Below are positions 23,671 through 35,255 of a stretch of DNA of 64,000 nt, piece after piece. The first letter of the stretch is position 1; each line of letters begins with the position of its first letter. A program made the translations under genes and the position numbers. This stretch comes from Alloascoidea hylecoeti (taxonomy: Eukaryota). Where the stretch lies: positions 1,372,294-1,436,293 of the forward strand of contig BCKZ01000002.1 in NCBI GenBank assembly GCA_001600815.1, in the 5' to 3' direction. Under the pieces are notes generated by a model. That model searched no databases. It was not told the origin of the DNA and was given only the letters and a program-made list of their open reading frames with translations.

Positions 23671-25071
23671 ATGACATCATATCAACATCAAAACCATAGT
23701 AATAATCACTATAATCCAAAGAAAAGTTCAATAACTTCTTCTCCATATCCAATTCCTTCAACTTCAATTGAAACAACTCCTTCCCAAACCCCGTCCCAAA
23801 CAATTTCAAATGATATCTCTAGATCGGTTCCAGGACCTTTCAAATCAAAACAAATTAGATCAATGAGCTTTAACACTTATACAACAAAACCAAAAGAAAA
23901 TAATGATCGTTTTCAGAAATCAATTAAAACTGAAGTTGAAAATTCAATTGATCTTTCAAATGATCTCTCCAAATCTTTCTCCACGTTATTTACACCAAAT
24001 TCACCAGCTAATACTAATGATTTAGTACGACACAAAAATCATCATACACAAGATTCTTCTCAATTATCGACAAGTGTACCATCATTATCAAGGGAATTTG
24101 TTGTTAGAAGATTATCTGAAGGTGAATCTGGTAGATTAAAAGAAGAATTAAAATGTGAGGCATGCGGTAAAGGTTATAGACATTTATCCAGTTTAGTTAA
24201 ACATTTATGGGAACATACTCCTGAATGGAAAGTGACTGAAAAATTGGCAATTTCAAAACATCAACAGGTTCAATTATTAGAAGCCGCAAGTATTTTGGTC
24301 TCAATGAATGATCAAATTGCTCTAAAAGATGCAATTTCAAAACTAACGACAAATGTTGATAAAAGTAATGGCACTAATATTAGTAGTGATCAGTTATCAA
24401 ATGGTTCAGATGGAACTAGTACCACTCAAAGCTCAAAATCTCCATTACCACAACAGATGAAATCAACAAATGTAAATAATTCATATCGATTAAGTCCTGG
24501 AATGGTAACTAAAAATAAAATCACAAAGGATAATTCAAAAGATAAATTTAAAAATATTGAAGTTGATAATTTTAATGATCTTAAATTTAGTCATGATGAT
24601 TATAATCAAATAACAACAGCTTCTAGTCCGATTTCCCGTTCAGTACCTACCTCAGCTTCATATGAATTCGAAAATAATAAAGAAAATAATTCAAAATCTT
24701 CTTATTCTTCAAACTTTTGTCATAGTGGATACTTAGATTCTTCACCTGGTCTTGGATCAAGAAGACAGCAACAACAGAACCAGAAACATCATTCGAAAAC
24801 AAATTCTGATATTATTAATAGTGAAGATTTTTTGTTCTCTCCTGGTTCAGCTAAAAATAGTAGTTTACGTCATGGTTCTTTATTAACTAATTTTAATGCT
24901 TCTGTTAGTAGTAATGAAACAATTACGTTACGATCTGTTAAAGGACATGATCAAGATTTAGATGGCGCTCAGCAATCCATGCATGTCATCAATGCTGATG
25001 AAGATGAAGATAAGGAAATGAAAGATTGTGCTGATAATGATGATGATGGTGTATTTGGTGCTATGGATTAG
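23671..25071 (+). CDS. Single C2H2 zinc-finger protein of a conserved fungal family
   Basis: CEACGKGYRHLSSLVKHLWEHTPEW followed by SKHQQVQLLEAASIL. The remainder is low-complexity. Confidence 0.8.
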   Translation: MTSYQHQNHSNNHYNPKKSSITSSPYPIPSTSIETTPSQTPSQTISNDISRSVPGPFKSKQIRSMSFNTYTTKPKENNDRFQKSIKTEVENSIDLSNDLSKSFSTLFTPNSPANTNDLVRHKNHHTQDSSQLSTSVPSLSREFVVRRLSEGESGRLKEELKCEACGKGYRHLSSLVKHLWEHTPEWKVTEKLAISKHQQVQLLEAASILVSMNDQIALKDAISKLTTNVDKSNGTNISSDQLSNGSDGTSTTQSSKSPLPQQMKSTNVNNSYRLSPGMVTKNKITKDNSKDKFKNIEVDNFNDLKFSHDDYNQITTASSPISRSVPTSASYEFENNKENNSKSSYSSNFCHSGYLDSSPGLGSRRQQQQNQKHHSKTNSDIINSEDFLFSPGSAKNSSLRHGSLLTNFNASVSSNETITLRSVKGHDQDLDGAQQSMHVINADEDEDKEMKDCADNDDDGVFGAMD

Positions 25072-25569
25072 CTGATAAACTATATTTATAATTATTTAGA
25101 TCGTTTTCGAATTCAAGATTTTACACACGTGATATACTACTTTTTTTTAACCGTCATGTAAACATACTGATGTTTTGCTTTAGTTGTAAAATGGTATGAT
25201 AAACATATTGATAGTTCATGATACTATCAACCTTTTTCTCCTCTTGACTGTAAGCTGAATCAAAAATATATCGAGTTATAGCAATATATAACCGGGAAAC
25301 GGAAAGGAAAAAAAGGAGTCTTATTCAAGAAAAGTCAAAATTAATTTTGATAGACATTTAAAGTTTCTCTCGTAAATATTTCAGCAGGATCCTTAAAATA
25401 ACTATTTTTCATTTGGATTTGATCTCATCCTAAAATCATATACAGTGTGAAATATTTGAAACTTCTTAGTTATAGAGATAAAAGTACATTATACGTTCAA
25501 ATTAAACATAATTGAAATATGATAGTAGTCAATATATATAACAAAGGAAGAGAATATTAATTAAATTAT

Positions 25570-26297
25570 TTAAAAGACTTCACCTTGTGTGGATGGAATT
25601 TCAAAAACAACATCTTTACCTGTCAATTTGTTGTAGATGCTCTTGAAACTATCCAATTTGTAGTCAATGCTGTTGGAATCCTTTGAACTTAACAAAACTT
25701 TTTGGATCTTGTTACCACCAGTTAAAAATCTAACACGTTTGCCAGTGATTTCAGTTGGGAAAACTAAATCTTCTAAGATAGAATCATGGACTGCTGATAA
25801 AGTACGGGAACGTGGTCTCTTTTGCTTTTGTCTTGAACGACGGGCTGGTTTTGGCAAAATACGTCTTTCGGCAAGGATGACAAAGTGACGATCTGGGAAC
25901 TTCTTTTCCAATTCACGGATAAGTCTAAGGATAAAATAATTAAAAAAGTAAAAACGGTTAAAAATTCATAATTCTTCCTTCATTTGATATACCATATTAA
26001 ACATACCTTTGTTGAACCTTATGGAAAGCATTTAAAAGTGGAACAGGAACAAAGATAACAATGGCCTTTTTTCCACCTGCGACGTCAATCTACAGTAGCT
26101 AAGTTAGTAGGATGTTCATAATAATAAATCAATCATCCAATGTAGTTGGTACGCACCTCACGAACGCTCTTCAATTGAAGAGGTCGAAGGTCAGCCTTAA
26201 AATCAGCTGAGGTTGATTCCAAGTCAATAAATGCTTGAGCAACTTGTAATTCCAAATCGGAAGGAGAAGCTGAAAGGATTTTGTTAGCTGTTGACAT
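25570..26297 (-). CDS. RPS7: 40S ribosomal protein eS7; 3 exons (26297-26157, 26089-26007, 25924-25570)
   Basis: eS7 sequence ([19 protein letters not shown]). Introns GTGCGT..TACTAAC..TAG (67 nt) and GTATGT..TTTTAAC..TAG (82 nt) keep the frame. Confidence 0.96.
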
Positions 26298-26417
26298 TTT
26301 GCTATTGTTGAAGTTGAACTGAGGACAGGAAAACGGAGAGTTTGTAGTTACATTTTTAATTTTCAGATCTTTGGATGTTGTGACTGATATTTCCCAATAA
26401 GGTATGCATGACATGAG

Positions 26418-26449
26418 TTAGGGCTGTTACATGTATATTATCACGTGAT
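26418..26449. promoter_or_regulatory. Tbf1-like (TTAGGGCT) and Cbf1 (TCACGTGA) sites in the RPS7 promoter
   Basis: Both motifs lie 120-150 bp upstream of the RPS7 ATG. Confidence 0.6.
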
Positions 26450-26624
26450 CATTATAGCCATTTGCATTTTTGTTGCAATTGTTTCAATATTAATAGAGAA
26501 ATATTCCACTATCAAACCGTATTATATAAGCAAATAATATAGAATCCTTAAATTTAATAAGTCTATATAAATGAGACTACTTATGATCGTTAATGCTCTC
26601 AGTTACGATACTCACTATCATGAA

Positions 26625-26800
26625 TATGCATGTTTGCATATGGTTTGTTCACAAACAACCACAACATTTTTTAAAATTTAACAAAATTATTTAATGTCTA
26701 TATGAAAAGTAAATATCTTTAATGTGACACAGGACAATTTGGTGGTTACTTGTTCATATATTTTAAGTTTTTGGTATTGCTCACCAGGTGGATGTTGCAA
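26625..26800 (+). repeat. Dispersed repeat, copy 1 (partner at about 58960-59150)
   Basis: Shared core catttttttaaaatttaacaaaattat...tgtcta..tgaaa.gtaa with colinear flanks. Confidence 0.6.
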
Positions 26801-26880
26801 TTGGGTGAATATCAGTGCGCTAGTGGACAAATATGATACAGTAGTTAATTATTAGTATTAATGATACATAACTATTTAAT

Positions 26881-27963
26881 TTACAACCTTGAAGCGTCCA
26901 GTTTACTCCCAGAAATTGAGAGATCAACAACATATCTTCCGATTGCTTTGCCTTTCATAAGTAAGTCGAATACCATAGGGATATCAGCCAATCCAACAAT
27001 TCTAACTGGTGATTTGATTAATCCTCTTACATAGAAATCAATTGCTTCACTTGCATCAGCCCTGTCACCAACAATAGATCCTTTAATTGTTAGTTTCTTC
27101 ATTACTTGTGTTAGCACTGGAGTAACTAATTCTGCTCCATCACCGGGAATTCCAACAAGTACGATAGTGCCTGATGGACGACAGCAGTCAGTAAGGTATT
27201 CCAATGATTTAGCTGAAGATGATACATTAACAACTCCATGAGCACCACCATCTGTAATTTCTGCTACTTCTTCTCCAACTTCTGATTCCATAAAATCAAC
27301 ATAGGCTTCTGCTCCTAGATCTTTACAGAACTTACCCTTTTCGGCGCCACCATCAATAGCAATTGTCCTGAAACCCATTGCTTTTGAATACTGGATTGCA
27401 AAGGTACCTAAACCACCACCTGCTCCAGGAATGACAACCCAATCACCTGGTTTACAACCCGTTTCTTTTAATGCTTTATAAACTGTTATACCAGCACATA
27501 GAATGGGTGCAATCTGAGCTAGATCTGCACCTTCGGGAATCTTTGCAGCATTTAATGCATCCGCTATAGCATACTGTTGAAAAGTGCCATCAACATTAAA
27601 ACCACTAATTTCTTGACTTGGGCAAATTGTTTCGTTGCCATTATTGCAATATTCACAAGCTAAACAAGTTTTATTGATCCATTTTATACCGGCAAGTTCT
27701 CCTACTTCAAAATTCTCGACATTGTCACCTTTTGCAACAACAACACCAGCTCCTTCATGTCCACCAACTAAAGGCAATTTAGTTGGTAAGTCCCAATCTG
27801 CTTTCCAAGCATGAATATCCGAATGGCAAATCCCGGAATATTTAATTTGAACCAAGATTTCATTAGGACCAGGTTCAGGTACAGGAATGTCGATGACATT
27901 AAGAGGTCCTCCATTCTCTTCAAAAACTAAGGCCTTTTGCGTTTTTGCTATTTCTTCCGACAT
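26881..27963 (-). CDS. Zn-dependent alcohol dehydrogenase (yeast ADH family) with C-terminal PTS1 (SRL)
   Basis: GICHSD, GGHEGAG, structural-Zn Cys cluster, ILCAG and GAGGGLG motifs. C-terminal extension [11 protein letters not shown]. Confidence 0.92.
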   Translation of the reverse strand: MSEEIAKTQKALVFEENGGPLNVIDIPVPEPGPNEILVQIKYSGICHSDIHAWKADWDLPTKLPLVGGHEGAGVVVAKGDNVENFEVGELAGIKWINKTCLACEYCNNGNETICPSQEISGFNVDGTFQQYAIADALNAAKIPEGADLAQIAPILCAGITVYKALKETGCKPGDWVVIPGAGGGLGTFAIQYSKAMGFRTIAIDGGAEKGKFCKDLGAEAYVDFMESEVGEEVAEITDGGAHGVVNVSSSAKSLEYLTDCCRPSGTIVLVGIPGDGAELVTPVLTQVMKKLTIKGSIVGDRADASEAIDFYVRGLIKSPVRIVGLADIPMVFDLLMKGKAIGRYVVDLSISGSKLDASRL

Positions 27964-28656
27964 GGTATGAATTTCACTTTTTGCTATTTATCATATAAAA
28001 AGGGGGTTAGAATAAAAGGGTCATTGCTTATATATTAATAATGATATCAATATTTTGTTGACCTTTCCCCCGCATTTCGTATTTTTAGGGAAGATAATAA
28101 ATCATTATAGAGAGAACTTTATTTCTAAAACCTTATGCTTAAATTTAAAGTAAGTTTGCTGTCATATGCTATCGCTCCACCATAATTATCCCAGGTTGGT
28201 ATAAGTTAACTACAGAACAATTGCGATTCCATTTATACCGGTAGATGTATCAATATAAATGGCTATACTAATACTTAGAAGAGTAAGTATTTCAAACAAT
28301 CTATATTTATTTCTTCAAATGGGTTAAATCTACTGATATATATGCTCTAATTTTCATATATTTCCGGAGTATCTTTTTCACATGTCTCACAAATGGAACT
28401 TAAATTAAATTAAATTGAACTATTGTGTAAAATAGAGCTTATTCCGCCGACTTTTATAAACCCTTGGCCAATTGTGACATAGGAACATATTTACCTTTAA
28501 CTAGTATTATTGTATCCGAATTGTTCTCCCTTGTAATTTACACACTGCTCAAAGAAAATAACTTTAAATTTATAATTATCGGATATTTAAATACATTTAA
28601 TTTCCCTCTTCTTAGCGTTCTAATTGTTGGATATTATACTGCACATTATAAATATC

Positions 28657-29160
28657 ATGTCTTTGAAAGTTGGTAAGTATTTTTGCATATGATTACCGTA
28701 TATTTTTAGCTTATCTTTACACAGATAAATTTACTAACCGAGGCTGTTTATATCTAAAGAGGGTTTCAAATCATCTGAAATATTTGATATTTTAAATGAA
28801 GTTTATCAAAATGAAGAAGTAAAAAATAAACAAATCAAAGAACTGGGTGCAATTGTTGTATTCATTTTAACAAACGCTAAAGGAGAAACACAAAGTTGGT
28901 ATCTAGATTTATTAGTTAATGGTCAATGTGGTAAAGGTGAAGTTGCTCCTGATGTAAATGGTGCCAAACCAGAGATTGAGATCCTTATGAGTGATGAAAG
29001 CTTTATAAAATTGATTCTTAAAAAATCAACAACTGCTTCTTTATATCTATGGGGTAAATTAAAATTAAGAAAAGGCTCTGTTTTGAGAGGGAAAAAAGTG
29101 GCACCGATTTTATTTGAAGCGGTTCCTCAGGAATATTTAAAAGTTTTCGAAAATATATAA
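28657..29160 (+). CDS. Sterol carrier protein-2 (SCP2/POX18-like); intron 28673-28759
   Basis: Not in the ORF track. Splicing GTAAGT..TACTAAC..AAG gives MSLKVEGFKSSEIFDIL...AIVVFILTNAKGETQSWYLDL...MSDESFIKL...GKLKL...FENI, which resembles yeast SCP2 proteins. Confidence 0.85.
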
Positions 29161-29289
29161 ATATTCGGGTGATCTGACGATTACATTTTTTTTTTTTTTT
29201 TTTTTTATCAAACATGTTATTTATATTTCTAAATTTAACAATATATTCAATCCATAAGACATAAATTAAAGACAAGACCTTTCCGTTAA

Positions 29290-29730
29290 TATTATTCGTG
29301 TATGTATACCGTTGAAATTAAACGCCGCATCTATCGAACCAGCGGTCAAAAACACAAACGCAAAAACAATAAAGGAAATAAGAACAAGAAAAAATAAGTA
29401 GACATGAATTTTATCGTATATAAAACTGAATTTTAAAAACAAAATTTGAATAAATAAGAGTATAACGTTCTATATAATTAGTTTGGAAATTCTTTCAATC
29501 TCAACCTCCCTATTACCATCCAAGAAATTTTCCAAGAAGCTTTCCAAGAATCCATTAATATTTGGTAATAGAAAGACAATCACTTTTGGTGATATTTTCT
29601 TTGATTTTTGATATATGCAGTATGCCACCTTTGCAATACTTAAAACATAGCATTTTTAACTAAAAGTTTCAAGGATTTTTGACCCTGCGTCTGATTTCGG
29701 TGAATTGTCATTTCTAGATCTGGTAGCTGC
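29290..29730 (-). pseudogene. Decayed paralog of the orphan gene at 31046-31894
   Basis: Colinear DNA similarity (ccgcat..cagcggtcaaa.acaca, caagaaa.tttccaagaa, tttgcaata.t) with indels and no intact ORF. Confidence 0.7.
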
Positions 29731-31045
29731 TACTGAATAGTGGATACACCGATCCATCTGGATTCAGGGACCATAATATGGGCACATCCTATCTATTAAG
29801 CACTAAAGGTAGCCATATTCGCAGTTTACAGCTTGTAAAGTACCAATTGCAGAAGACGTTAGTTTTTGAGACAAATATTTAGGAAAAGAGCTAAATTCAA
29901 AAGCTTTTCTATCTGATCTGTGACAGATTCCGATTGCGATGTTTGTTTTGCTGTTGTACGGGAAATAATAACGATCGACATGCATGCATGATATCAATTG
30001 AATTCTATGCACGTTACTATACTTCAAACTTTAACATAGAATTATAATATTGTCGAGGACTGGTTCGTTTTCACACCTTGTTCAATTGGGTTCAGAAACT
30101 TCAGATCTGGACTACATACAGGCGATTCTATCACTTCATTGCCTCCTCTTTCAAGTACAATATGATATTACGAGTTGTGTGAATAGGAGCATTATCTTCC
30201 GTTAAGATTATCTTACCTTTGTTTTGTTTTGTCAGGTGAGGTACTTTTCAGAATTGTATCTGGGAGGGGACTATTGCATACAATGCATAGTAATTTCGAT
30301 ATACTCTCCAACGGCTAATGAAGGTCAACAAGCACCAAATATGTCAAGCGCTCCGTAGACATAGGTGTATTTAATGGATTTATTCCACGGATTTCGGTGC
30401 TCAGACTAGAGGGGTTGACCTTTTAGTCATGTGAAGAGCAGTGCGGGACACTTCTATTTCTTCAGAAATCTCGCTTCGCATACTTCAGAATTTTATCTTA
30501 TCGGCTTCAGTGAAATGTTAACTTCTCCATTAAAATTAGACTTGTATATTTGAGTTTAGAGTTATAACTTTTTAACTTTTTGGGATTAAAAGAAAAGGTT
30601 TATGGATATTGAAGTGAGTATGATAAGATCTAAAGTATAACGGTACCGGTGGATATGACTCCACCTGCAGTTCCATTATATTATGAGGACATTTTCCGTG
30701 ATGTTTAATTAGCATCTTAATATAGAACCAGTCAATTAACATTGTGTTGAATTCTATAACCACTCATAATCACTCCGTATATGTATCAATCTTCATTCAC
30801 ACTTTATTGATAATTCTTATATCGCCTAAATCGCTATAATAGGGAATTCAACTTGTATTATATAATCTTTCTATATAAGTAGAGAACCTTAGTAATGAAA
30901 ACTTTCACTGTAAATTTCACATTGCTAAGCGATATATCTTATACTTTAGCACATTATTCTAAAATTAATGGAAAATAATTACAAGAAGATGTTAAGTCAT
31001 ATTAGCTATTCATAGCATTGCCAATTTACCACCAGTAATATATAT

Positions 31046-31894
31046 TTAACCCATTTCAATCAAAGATAAGATACTATCATCATGACCATGTTTATAATAT
31101 TCGTATAACATTGAAATTAAAAGATGAACGACCGCATGTACAGAAACAGCGGTCAAAGACACAAAAACAATAAAGAAGGCAAGAATAGCAAGAAAAAGAA
31201 GTAAACATAAATTATATCGTCGAACATCAAATGGAATATTAAAATAAAATTTTGACAAAAAAGGATATAATGCTTTATATAAATCTTTTGCAAATTCTTT
31301 ATTACTTCGTTCAATTTCAAAATCCTTATTAGCACTCAAGAAACTTTCCAAGAAACCAGGTGGTAATATAAAAACAGTTTCTAATGATTGTATTACTTTT
31401 AAAGATTTCTTCTTATTTGATTCTTGATATACCGCTTTTGCAATATTGATAACATTTTTAATAGAAAGTTCCATTGACTTTGTCGCTGCTGTTTTTGGTA
31501 TTTGTATTGTAGTTTTTAGAACTGGTAACTGGATATCATTCCATAGAACTAGACTGAGGTTTATTAATAGCGTTATATTATCATCATATGATTTCAATTG
31601 TAATGCTAGCATATTTTTATCATTAAAGGGATTGCAATTAATAATTCGACTTTCATTCTTCTTTGATTTGCAATTGTCTTGTAGAATATCTTTTCCGGTT
31701 GCAATTTCTTGTGATTGGAGCGGTTGGTATATATTTGCATTACTTGAACGTTTATAATTAGAAACCGAGGATTTCCGTTGAGAATCTTCGATTACAGCGG
31801 TTATGATATCTTCAGGATTGTTAAGTGGAACGGCTTGTATACTAAAGCATGTATGGATGCATATGATTATGGAGAAGAAGGATGTAAACTTCAT
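31046..31894 (-). CDS. Orphan protein with signal peptide, KR site and C-terminal hydrophobic segment
   Basis: 282-aa ORF. N-terminal MKFTSFFSIIICIHTCFS, YKR at residues 47-49, and a long hydrophobic stretch near the C-terminus. Confidence 0.65.
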   Translation of the reverse strand: MKFTSFFSIIICIHTCFSIQAVPLNNPEDIITAVIEDSQRKSSVSNYKRSSNANIYQPLQSQEIATGKDILQDNCKSKKNESRIINCNPFNDKNMLALQLKSYDDNITLLINLSLVLWNDIQLPVLKTTIQIPKTAATKSMELSIKNVINIAKAVYQESNKKKSLKVIQSLETVFILPPGFLESFLSANKDFEIERSNKEFAKDLYKALYPFLSKFYFNIPFDVRRYNLCLLLFLAILAFFIVFVSLTAVSVHAVVHLLISMLYEYYKHGHDDSILSLIEMG

Positions 31895-32834
31895 GGTTGA
31901 ATATTATAATAAGAATGTTAACAATTGTAAGGTTACAAAGGCAAACCCAGAGATCTTTATTAGAGGGTAAATATGGACATGCTACACGTGCACAAAGAAC
32001 AACCTAGTAGTGAGACTTCTAGAGTTCATGGCTTGGACCTTGCCACAATATTTGGTAGAGTGGTGATAACATATTAGTGTTGGTTGGAATAGTGTTAATC
32101 CATGAATTAATGAGCCATCAGTTATATTTGTGCTACTTCTACTCGACTAGTCCATTAATATGTGAGAATAAGAATAATATTATATATAGGAAAGATTAGA
32201 TTATATAAAGCAGGAAATTATCCCCGAGATCTCTAAGTATAAAAGCGAAAGAAAAAAGCACATGATAGATAAGAGAGCAGGCTCAGCAGGTCAGGTAGGA
32301 AGAGGAAGTATCTAACGTTCTTTATTTAGAAAGTATTTTGAGCAGAGGCCCTTTTAATTGACTTCTAATTTAAGAACTTGATATTATCTTGGCGGAAGTT
32401 CCCGTTTCAAGTGTGTTTCTATCCAGATCATTAACATATCAAAAACGTGGTCATCGAATAATATTTGTGTAAGAATTAAGAAACACCAATTATGTGTATT
32501 TGTATAAAGTTCTTAGATTAACGTAAGCATCTGATAATGATGTCAATATCGACATTTGTATAAGTTAATCAGCAATTATAATAAACGGGTGCTGCATATT
32601 CAGTGACTCCGATAAAACTGCCACGATCCACCATCTAACCTTATTGGCACTCTGCATTATCAGTTATGCAGGTGTTGTACATAGTAAAATGTAATTACAA
32701 CCAAGTTATATTTAATGACTAAAAACTAGTAGTCGCTATACACTCAGATTCACCATTTATTTAAACCCCCCAATCCTCCCATTCATCTCCTTTTTTCATT
32801 ACTTCTCAAAAAAAATTACAATTACTTTTTAACC

Positions 32835-34835
32835 ATGGTTGGTTACGATTTAGAAAGACTTGAATTAACTCAAGCACATCTTAGAACGGATCGTTATCAA
32901 ATAATAGGAGCTAATTCTGATAGAATAAATAACCTTGAAAGAGAATTTATTAACTCAACTTACTATCATGGACGTTTGAATCCAAATTCACATAGACCAA
33001 GTTTTAATTCACATAATAACAATCGTTCTATAGATTTTGATGAAAATGATGATATTTCGAAAGTTTCTCTTTTACCCGAAGAAGAAGAAGATAAAGTAGG
33101 ATCGGTCACACATCATGAATTTCAATATGAAGGAGAAGGAATTAATTCTGAAATACAATATGATATGATAAATGAGTCTGATCCTCATCAACATTTACAT
33201 CGAGATTTAAAAACAAGACATGTTATAATGATTGCAATTGGTGGAGCAATTGGAACTGGATTATTAATAAATACTGGTGATGCTTTATATACTGCTGGTC
33301 CTGCTTCTTTATTTATTGCTTATTCGATTGTTGGTTTAGCTGTTTATATGATGATGTGCTCTTTATGTGAAATGATTACCTATTTACCATTACCAGAAGG
33401 TTTAGCAGGTTATTCAACAAGATTTGTTGACCCTGCATTAGGATTTGCATTTGGTTATACTTATTGGATTAAATTTATAATCGTTTGTCCAAATCAATTA
33501 ATTGCTGGAGCTTTAATAATACAATATTGGATTCCAAGAGAAGTTGTTAATCCAGGAGTTTGGATTACTATATTATTTTTAATGATTTTATTAACAAATT
33601 ATTTTGGTGTTAAATTTTTTGGAGAAGTTGAATATTGTTTATCATTTTTAAAAATTTTGATTTTATTAATTATAATTTTTTTATTAATTTTATTTATTAA
33701 TGGTGTTGGATCAAATCATAATTATATTGGTTTTAAATATTGGAAAAATCCTGGTGGATTTAAAGATTATCAATACACAACAAGAACTGATAAATTGATT
33801 ATAATTGAAGGACCATTAGGTAAGTTTACTTCATTTTGTGCAGTTTTTATAAATACATTGTTTTCTTATTTAGGTACTGAATTGGTTGGTGTTACAGCAG
33901 GAGAAACTGAAAATCCAAGAAAATCTTTGCCAAGAGCAGTTAGATTAACATTTTTCAGAATTACAATTATTTATTGTATTTCAATTTTTTTAATTGGTTT
34001 ATATGTTAGATCTGATAATTCAGAATTACAAGGTGTTGGTGATGGTACTACTAATGAATATATTAGTTCATCACCATTTGTAATTGCATTATCAAATGTT
34101 AGAGGTCATACAATAAAATGGGTTGCATCAATTCTAAATGCAGCATTATTATTGTTTGTATTTTCTTCATCAAATTCAGATTTATATTTTTCAGCAAGAA
34201 CATTATATGGATTAGCATTAAATAAACAAGCGCCAAGAATTTTTACATTTACAACAAGAAATGGTACACCAATTTTTGCATTATTATTTTCATCATTATT
34301 TTGTTGTTTAGCATATGTAAATTGCTCATCTTCAAGTTTTTCAACTTTTCAATATTTTGTTAATGTTGTTACGGTATTTGGATTATTAGGTTGGATATCT
34401 ATTATGGTTACACATATTTTTTTCATGAAAGCAATAAAGGCACAAGGGTTAGATAGAAAAGAGTTTTTACCTTATGTTGCACCTTTTCAACCTTATGGTA
34501 CTTATTTAACGCTTGGATTTTTCATATTGGTTTGTATTATGAAGAATTTTACGGTCTTCATTGGATTGAAAAACAAACCATTTGATTATAAGGAATTTAT
34601 TAGTGGATATATTGGAATACCGATTTATTTGGTACTTATTTTTGGGTATAAGATTATGATGAAATCAAAGAAAGTTCTACCAGAAAAAGCCGATTTATGG
34701 AAATATATAAGTGAGATTGAAATTCAAGCGGTGATTTATGATGATGAGGAAAGAAAGCAGAAACTTATGTTGAAGGGTAAGAAGAAGAGGTATTGGTTAT
34801 GGTTTTACCGAAAGGTTGTCAGTTTACTTTTCTAG
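32835..34835 (+). CDS. Yeast amino-acid permease (YAT/APC family, Dip5-like)
   Basis: LKTRHVIMIAIGGAIGTGL, RFVDPALGFA, FSYLGTELVGVTAGETENPRK and SSPFVIA motifs. About 12 TM segments. Confidence 0.9.
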   Translation: MVGYDLERLELTQAHLRTDRYQIIGANSDRINNLEREFINSTYYHGRLNPNSHRPSFNSHNNNRSIDFDENDDISKVSLLPEEEEDKVGSVTHHEFQYEGEGINSEIQYDMINESDPHQHLHRDLKTRHVIMIAIGGAIGTGLLINTGDALYTAGPASLFIAYSIVGLAVYMMMCSLCEMITYLPLPEGLAGYSTRFVDPALGFAFGYTYWIKFIIVCPNQLIAGALIIQYWIPREVVNPGVWITILFLMILLTNYFGVKFFGEVEYCLSFLKILILLIIIFLLILFINGVGSNHNYIGFKYWKNPGGFKDYQYTTRTDKLIIIEGPLGKFTSFCAVFINTLFSYLGTELVGVTAGETENPRKSLPRAVRLTFFRITIIYCISIFLIGLYVRSDNSELQGVGDGTTNEYISSSPFVIALSNVRGHTIKWVASILNAALLLFVFSSSNSDLYFSARTLYGLALNKQAPRIFTFTTRNGTPIFALLFSSLFCCLAYVNCSSSSFSTFQYFVNVVTVFGLLGWISIMVTHIFFMKAIKAQGLDRKEFLPYVAPFQPYGTYLTLGFFILVCIMKNFTVFIGLKNKPFDYKEFISGYIGIPIYLVLIFGYKIMMKSKKVLPEKADLWKYISEIEIQAVIYDDEERKQKLMLKGKKKRYWLWFYRKVVSLLF

Positions 34836-35255
34836 TTAGATAGAGAAGAAACAAAGTAGATATGTATTATATATGGTATTAATAGTAATGATAGTTGGTA
34901 ATGACATTGTTACAACTTTAGTTCGGCCACTCTGCATTAAATATTCGCCAGCAAGTGAAATGCTGTATTACGTAATATATGTGGGGGTCCGGGTCCGGAG
35001 AAAAAGTCAAATAATATTCGCGCGGTGGTTGTTTTCGGGCTTTCCCCATTGGATCTCTCTGCGTTCCCCGAACTCGGATCTTGAGGCATGCCCGAACCCG
35101 GACTACCCCAGCGCACCCCGGATGTATTCGTTGCTACAGTGCGCGCCCGAGTCCACAGGCACCGACCCCACCGGGTACATACTTCTTCTACATGGCTTAC
35201 TTGTTCTTTCTTTCAAACCTTCAAACCTTCAAACCTTCGACTTTTCAATTTCCCA

